Assembly: GCA_035510735.1 (NCBI GenBank)
Contig: DATKGN010000013.1
Location: 64,596 to 128,595 of the forward strand
Reading direction: 5' to 3'
Length of the DNA: 64,000 bases
DNA from: Patescibacteria group bacterium
GTDB lineage: Bacteria > Patescibacteriota > Microgenomatia > UBA10105 > UBA927
This document shows, in pieces, positions 59,686-64,000 of the stretch (positions within the stretch are counted from its first letter, which is position 1; each line of letters opens with the position of its first letter). A program made the position numbers and the translations under genes. The notes beneath the pieces are model-generated. The model saw only the letters and a list, made by a program, of their open reading frames with translations, had not been told where the DNA came from and made no database searches.

Positions 59686-60986
59686 CGTTTAATCACTTCC
59701 TTGCCCATAAACGGTTGAAGCACTTTGGGGATCCGAATAGATCCGTCTTTCTGCTGATAATTTTCAAGTATTGCAATAAGAATCCTAGGAGACGCTATCG
59801 CCGTGTTATTCAGTGTATGACAAAAATTCATTCTTCCGTCTTTGGCCTTATAGCGGATTTTAAGCCGCCTTGCCTGAAAATCTCCCATGAATGAATTGGA
59901 CATGGTCTCTCCGTATCCGCTCCGGCCCGGCATCCAGGTTTCCAAATCATATTTTTTAACCTGCGGCTCTCCCATATCTCCTGTACACATAAGGAGAACG
60001 CGATAAGGCAACTCTAAATCTTGAAGAATTTCCTCTGCGTTCGCCAATAATTCTTCATGTAGAGTAAGAGAATTACTCATTTCTGCAGTTGAGATAATTA
60101 CTTGTTCAACTTTATTAAATTGGTGGACTCGATAAGCACCTTTCGTATCTTTTCCGTAACTGCCGGCTTCACGGCGGAAACAAGGTGAAAATGCAACGAA
60201 TTTCTTTGGCAAGTCTTTTTCCACCAACACCTCGTTAGCATAATAAGCAGTTACAGGAACTTCAGCAGTACCTGCCAGATAAAGGTCATCCTTCTCCAGA
60301 TGATAGACCTCTTCCCTGCCCCATGGGAACTGACCGTTGCCAAACAATGTAAAGTCGCGTACTAGGCTTGGTGCGATGAGCGGTGTGTACCCTTTGTCTA
60401 TCAGCTTCCGGAATGTGAAGAAAAGCAAGGCAAACTCGAGCAGTGCTGCTTCATTTTTTAGGTAATATGCACGAAACCCGCCTACTTTCGCCCCTCGCTC
60501 AAAGTCGATGAGATCAAGGGACTTAGCAAGCGCTGTGTGATCTTTGACCGGAAAATCAAATACAGGAACCTTTCCCCATTTCTTTATTTCTTTATTTCCT
60601 GATGCATCCTTACCTATCGGCACGCTTTTATCCGGCACATTAGGAACCGTTAACATAAGAAGATTAAACTGCTCTTCAATAGGACGAAGTTCTTCCTCTA
60701 GTTGATCTAACTCCTTCGGTTGTTGCAGCGCTTTAAGCGCCCCAGCTATCGCCTTTTTCCTTTCTGATTCTATAGCAGCTTTCTCGGGTGATAATTTTTG
60801 TAAAGCTGCTTTTATAGCTTCATTGGATTTATTCTTTTCAGATTTCAGTCTATCTCTCTTTTCAATAAGTTCACGGCGCTTCTCATCAAGAGAAAGTAAT
60901 TTATCCCACGCGACTTCGCGGTTTTTATTTTTCGCCGCTTCCTTACACAATTCTAAATTTTCGCGAATATATTTAATGTCAAGCAT
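59682..60986 (-). CDS. serS: Serine--tRNA ligase
   Basis: MLDIKYIREN, coiled-coil arm, GTAE, CFRREAGS, RVHQFNKVEQ, HTLNNTA, ENYQ; SD AAGGAG. Confidence 0.97.
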   Translation of the reverse strand: MLDIKYIRENLELCKEAAKNKNREVAWDKLLSLDEKRRELIEKRDRLKSEKNKSNEAIKAALQKLSPEKAAIESERKKAIAGALKALQQPKELDQLEEELRPIEEQFNLLMLTVPNVPDKSVPIGKDASGNKEIKKWGKVPVFDFPVKDHTALAKSLDLIDFERGAKVGGFRAYYLKNEAALLEFALLFFTFRKLIDKGYTPLIAPSLVRDFTLFGNGQFPWGREEVYHLEKDDLYLAGTAEVPVTAYYANEVLVEKDLPKKFVAFSPCFRREAGSYGKDTKGAYRVHQFNKVEQVIISTAEMSNSLTLHEELLANAEEILQDLELPYRVLLMCTGDMGEPQVKKYDLETWMPGRSGYGETMSNSFMGDFQARRLKIRYKAKDGRMNFCHTLNNTAIASPRILIAILENYQQKDGSIRIPKVLQPFMGKEVIKR

Positions 60987-60996
60987 ATACTCTCCT

Positions 60997-61068
60997 TGTC
61001 ATCCTCGGGCTTGACCCGAGGATCTGCCTTATTTCAGATTCCGGATTCCCGCCTTCGCGGGAATGACA
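60997..61068. repeat. Two-hairpin palindromic element with TGTCAT/ATGACA termini (REP/dRS3/RPE-like)
   Basis: TGTC-ATCCTCGGG-cttga-CCCGAGGAT, a spacer, then ATTCCC-GCCTTCGC-GGGAAT-GACA. Positions 61045-61064 match ATTCCC-N8-GGGAAT exactly. Confidence 0.8.
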
Positions 61069-61070
61069 GG

Positions 61071-61688
61071 TTATATTAACAATAAGGTTCTTATCGCTGG
61101 TTTTAATTTTTCAAGTGCCTTCTTCCTGTGATTGTATACTTCATTCTCCTCGGACGTCAATTCGTGAGTGTCATAAAATTTGTTAAGCTTGGGAAGAAAC
61201 AGGAGGGAGCGGTATGGGAATCCTGGCGTCCGGTGGTTTGCGGGTCGTAGGGGAATAGTTCCGCGGGTTATGGCTTCCGCTGTAACGACTTTACCTGAGG
61301 GTAGAACAAGTGCAAGCACCGCCCGGAGCTGCGCCCCTCGCTTCCCAACTGGAACATCTTGTAACTTTTGAAATGTATAGGTAATAAGCTCCTCGTCATC
61401 GTCATCGCGGTCGCCATTAATCCACCGATGTGATTTAACCCCCGGCGCGCCGCCTAAGGCGTCAATTTCGAGTCCCCCATCATCGCCAATGGTGGGGAGT
61501 CCCGATAATTTCGAATAAAATTTCGCCTTGAGAACCGCATTCTCCTTAAACGTATTCCCAGTTTCATTTGCCTTCTCTCTAATACCGAGATCTGATAGGC
61601 TTACAAGCGTGATAGGTAACTCACCTAAAAAATGGCGAATCTCTGCAAGTTTACCGGGATTTGTCGTTGCTATAAGCAATCGCCGCAT
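61071..61688 (-). CDS. rdgB: Non-canonical purine NTP pyrophosphatase (HAM1/RdgB family)
   Basis: ATTNPGK, ETGNTFKENA.LKA, DDGGLEIDALGGAPGV.S, C-terminal HR..AL. Confidence 0.9.
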   Translation of the reverse strand: MRRLLIATTNPGKLAEIRHFLGELPITLVSLSDLGIREKANETGNTFKENAVLKAKFYSKLSGLPTIGDDGGLEIDALGGAPGVKSHRWINGDRDDDDEELITYTFQKLQDVPVGKRGAQLRAVLALVLPSGKVVTAEAITRGTIPLRPANHRTPGFPYRSLLFLPKLNKFYDTHELTSEENEVYNHRKKALEKLKPAIRTLLLI

Positions 61689-61708
61689 AAATTATTTAGA
61701 TACGAATG

Positions 61709-61732
61709 TATTAACATGTTAGCATGTTAATA
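61709..61732. other. Perfect 10-bp AT-rich inverted repeat between the HD gene and rdgB
   Basis: TATTAACATG-ttag-CATGTTAATA. Confidence 0.45.
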
Positions 61733-61748
61733 AACTACATTGGCTATA

Positions 61749-62312
61749 CTAAAGCCCCAACTCTTCGTGGTGCTCCTGCATTGTTTTCAACGTGATCTCA
61801 ATAAATTCGTTCAAAGAAATACCTAATTTTTCTTCACACAGCGCAATTTGGGAACGATCCACAGGCTTGGCAAATTCCTTAGTTTTCCATTTCTTCATGA
61901 TTGAATGGAGGGACACGGTGTCAAGTTGTTTATCCGGACGCACCAAAGCCACTGCTACGATAAATCCCGTCAGTTCATCACAGGTTTCGAGCGACCATTC
62001 CATAAGTCCGGTAAGTTCAGCAAGATGTGTGCGTTTCGTGTTATGTGACATGAGCGCATGAACAATAGTGCCATCAGTTATTCCTCTATCTTTGAGCCAC
62101 GCAAGCGTATGTTTTGTGTGCTCATCCGGGGTATCTTTTGTTTCCTCCCAATCCGCATCATGCAAAAGCCCTAATGTTTCCCAAACGTCGGGGTCGCCGT
62201 TTAATTTCCCCGCCAATGCGCGCATGGTGTATCCAACCGCGTACATGTGCCTGCGGAGATTCTGATTTTTCGTGTGTTCGTGAAGTAAATCAAGCGCTTG
62301 TTGTCTATTCAT
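61749..62312 (-). CDS. HD-domain metal-dependent hydrolase (COG2316-like)
   Basis: LRRHM, GLLHDAD, H, SH, CDELTGFI.A.ALVRP, K.FA..V.R; ATGA overlap with the lysS stop. Confidence 0.88.
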   Translation of the reverse strand: MNRQQALDLLHEHTKNQNLRRHMYAVGYTMRALAGKLNGDPDVWETLGLLHDADWEETKDTPDEHTKHTLAWLKDRGITDGTIVHALMSHNTKRTHLAELTGLMEWSLETCDELTGFIVAVALVRPDKQLDTVSLHSIMKKWKTKEFAKPVDRSQIALCEEKLGISLNEFIEITLKTMQEHHEELGL

Positions 62313-64000
62313 TTCACCACTCCCTGGAATTCAATAGTCCCGCCGCAATATTTTAAGATTAGCTGAGTGGACTCCCGAAGCGACTGTTCAACCTGTTCCG
62401 GGGTTATATCGAAAACGCCGTCAACGTTTATCCATAAATTTTTGGTATTTTCTGTCACCATCGTCCGTTGTGCATCACGAAAATTGAAATCTATATTATA
62501 CCCGCCATCTTTATCGTAATAAGCCAACTCTTTTTCTGTGTAGAGGGTCGGTTCTTTATCCCCCAAAAGGAGTATTTTATCTCCCGCACCTGCATATCGA
62601 AGTGCTGTCGGAAACTTTACATTATCCGAATCAAATGCGCCGACGGATATCCGGTGCTTCATCACAACAAGATTATACGAATCCACACAAGTATTTACGG
62701 TATAAAGACCCTTTCCGAGCGCCACGCGACGAAGCAATGCTTCAGGGCTCGGGCGCCGCGAATGCCAATCAACTCCCATTTCCTTATACAATTTGCGGTA
62801 ATTGATAACCTCCGGATACGTTCCCAGCGTTTCCGTCGTTAACCCGGCAAGACTAGCCAAAAATGCGTTTTTCTCTTTTTCTAGAGCTGGATTCGATTTT
62901 GTCACATGGACACCCTTAATGAGAGCAACCCCTATGGAAACCGATGGGTATTTTTCCCTAAGAGACTTATCAATTTCAAAATATTCCGACTTCTGAACGA
63001 ACTGAATTGTTGTCTTCTTTGCCGCTTCAGGTTTGCCCTTGTTTAAATTCAGACGCGCTATAACAATATCTTTCGGAAATTTCTTAAGAAGCCAACCGGC
63101 CCGTGGCCCGTGCTTTTTATCTAACACCGCGATATAAAGAGCCTCAAAGGCTGTTTTTGAGTCAATATTTTTTTTCTTAGCAAGCTGAAAAATCTCTGAT
63201 TGAAGCTTTTCCGGGTCTTCAGCACTTTCCCAAACTACGGCTAAATCATTTAGAAAGCTCCACTGAATATCCGAAAGATCAGTCTCACTCAATGGCGTTA
63301 TGGATATCTGAAATCGGTATTCATCTGGGGCGTAATTGCTTAACCATATAGCCGTATCAGTTAATCTATCACCTGCTATTTTTTCTTCACCTTCTGTTAA
63401 CTCCGAGCCTTTCAGTTGAGCCAATCGCTCGAATAAATCTACATTAGGAAGTTGTCTTAAATTCGCTATGTCTCTGAATCTTGGAATATACATTCCTTTT
63501 ACTTTTTTTGGTATATCATTAATCTGAGACAAGACAAATGCTCGCGTAAGATTCTCATCACCATCATTGTTGTATGCCTGCCAACAACGGTCATATTCAT
63601 CGAATAAATCAGGAATCGCCATGGTCCCAACCGGGTCAAATTCAATCGCCTGCCGGTAATCGGTGCGTGTAAATAGAAACCGTCCGACTGAAGCCGGCAA
63701 AACACCGGTCAAATCCCGTCCTTTGAGTCCTAATCCTTTGGAGGATGACATTTTCTTACCGCCGATCAGAAAAAATTCATACGGCAGATTATACGGGTTA
63801 TCGATATGAAACACTTCTTTGCACAATTCTTTGGCGATATCACGCGATCCGCCCGCCGAAGAGTGGTCTTTCCCCGCTCCTTCAATCGTTACCCCAAGCA
63901 CTTTCCAATGCGCGGGCCAGTCCACTTTCCAGGGTAATTTACCGGGATGATGTGCCGAGTTCTTCGGATCGGTAAACGGACTTGTTTTCCCTGTGAATCC
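62309..64000 (-). CDS. lysS: Class I lysine--tRNA ligase with C-terminal B3/4 domain; 5' part lies outside the window
   Basis: Frame is open from 64000 (GFTGKTSP...GKLPWKVDWPAHW), with EGAGKDH, PYEF, KMSSSKG and anticodon domain F.ALY...GPR.G, followed by a B3/4 domain (YRKLY...RPSPEALLRR...N.CVD.YN...G.FD.D...RD). Confidence 0.92.
   Translation of the reverse strand, partial: GFTGKTSPFTDPKNSAHHPGKLPWKVDWPAHWKVLGVTIEGAGKDHSSAGGSRDIAKELCKEVFHIDNPYNLPYEFFLIGGKKMSSSKGLGLKGRDLTGVLPASVGRFLFTRTDYRQAIEFDPVGTMAIPDLFDEYDRCWQAYNNDGDENLTRAFVLSQINDIPKKVKGMYIPRFRDIANLRQLPNVDLFERLAQLKGSELTEGEEKIAGDRLTDTAIWLSNYAPDEYRFQISITPLSETDLSDIQWSFLNDLAVVWESAEDPEKLQSEIFQLAKKKNIDSKTAFEALYIAVLDKKHGPRAGWLLKKFPKDIVIARLNLNKGKPEAAKKTTIQFVQKSEYFEIDKSLREKYPSVSIGVALIKGVHVTKSNPALEKEKNAFLASLAGLTTETLGTYPEVINYRKLYKEMGVDWHSRRPSPEALLRRVALGKGLYTVNTCVDSYNLVVMKHRISVGAFDSDNVKFPTALRYAGAGDKILLLGDKEPTLYTEKELAYYDKDGGYNIDFNFRDAQRTMVTENTKNLWINVDGVFDITPEQVEQSLRESTQLILKYCGGTIEFQGVVK

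Noticed and set aside
60720-60840. Slightly long, Ala/Lys-rich tip of the SerRS coiled-coil arm
   Set aside because: This segment varies in length among SerRSs; no repeat or insertion-element boundary is visible.
4440-63975. Numerous 60-160 aa ORFs nested in or antisense to long genes (e.g. 49464-49949, 11371-11745, 57672-58082)
   Set aside because: They overlap well-supported genes completely and show no recognisable motifs.

Overview
Gene-dense bacterial chromosomal segment (standard code, many ATGA/GTGA overlaps), most likely from a Patescibacteria/CPR genome of the Microgenomates type. That assignment is inferred from the GT-C expansion, miniature TsaB, class I LysRS and short intergenic spacers. 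Positions 1-39 kb form one surface-glycosylation region: about 14 multi-TM GT-C-type glycosyltransferases (ArnT/PMT-like, YfhO-like, GT87/MptA-like), 7 GT2 genes (3 of them polyprenol-P-sugar synthase type, one fused to GtrA), 1 GT4, a Wzx-type flippase, and gmd-like, ugd and rmlACBD genes. Positions 39-64 kb hold a CAP protein, tsaE-tsaC-MTase-mini-tsaB, ftsEX with a coiled-coil/C39-like peptidase, prfB (no frameshift), ruvCAB, an accessory block (Ni/Co ECF transporter, cupin, pyrD, PNPOx-like protein, kinase), secA, serS, rdgB, an HD hydrolase and a 5'-truncated class I lysyl-tRNA synthetase fused in frame to a complete B3/4 editing-type domain. Best leads are the LysRS1-B3/4 fusion with its coupled HD protein, the GT-C array with a mirror-image A-B/B'-A' duplication, the FtsEX-C39 module, an orphan CIRCE-like palindrome and GTCAT-ended palindromic repeats. 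No rRNA, tRNA, CRISPR array or transposase was recognised. All calls come from reading motifs by eye; no searches were run.
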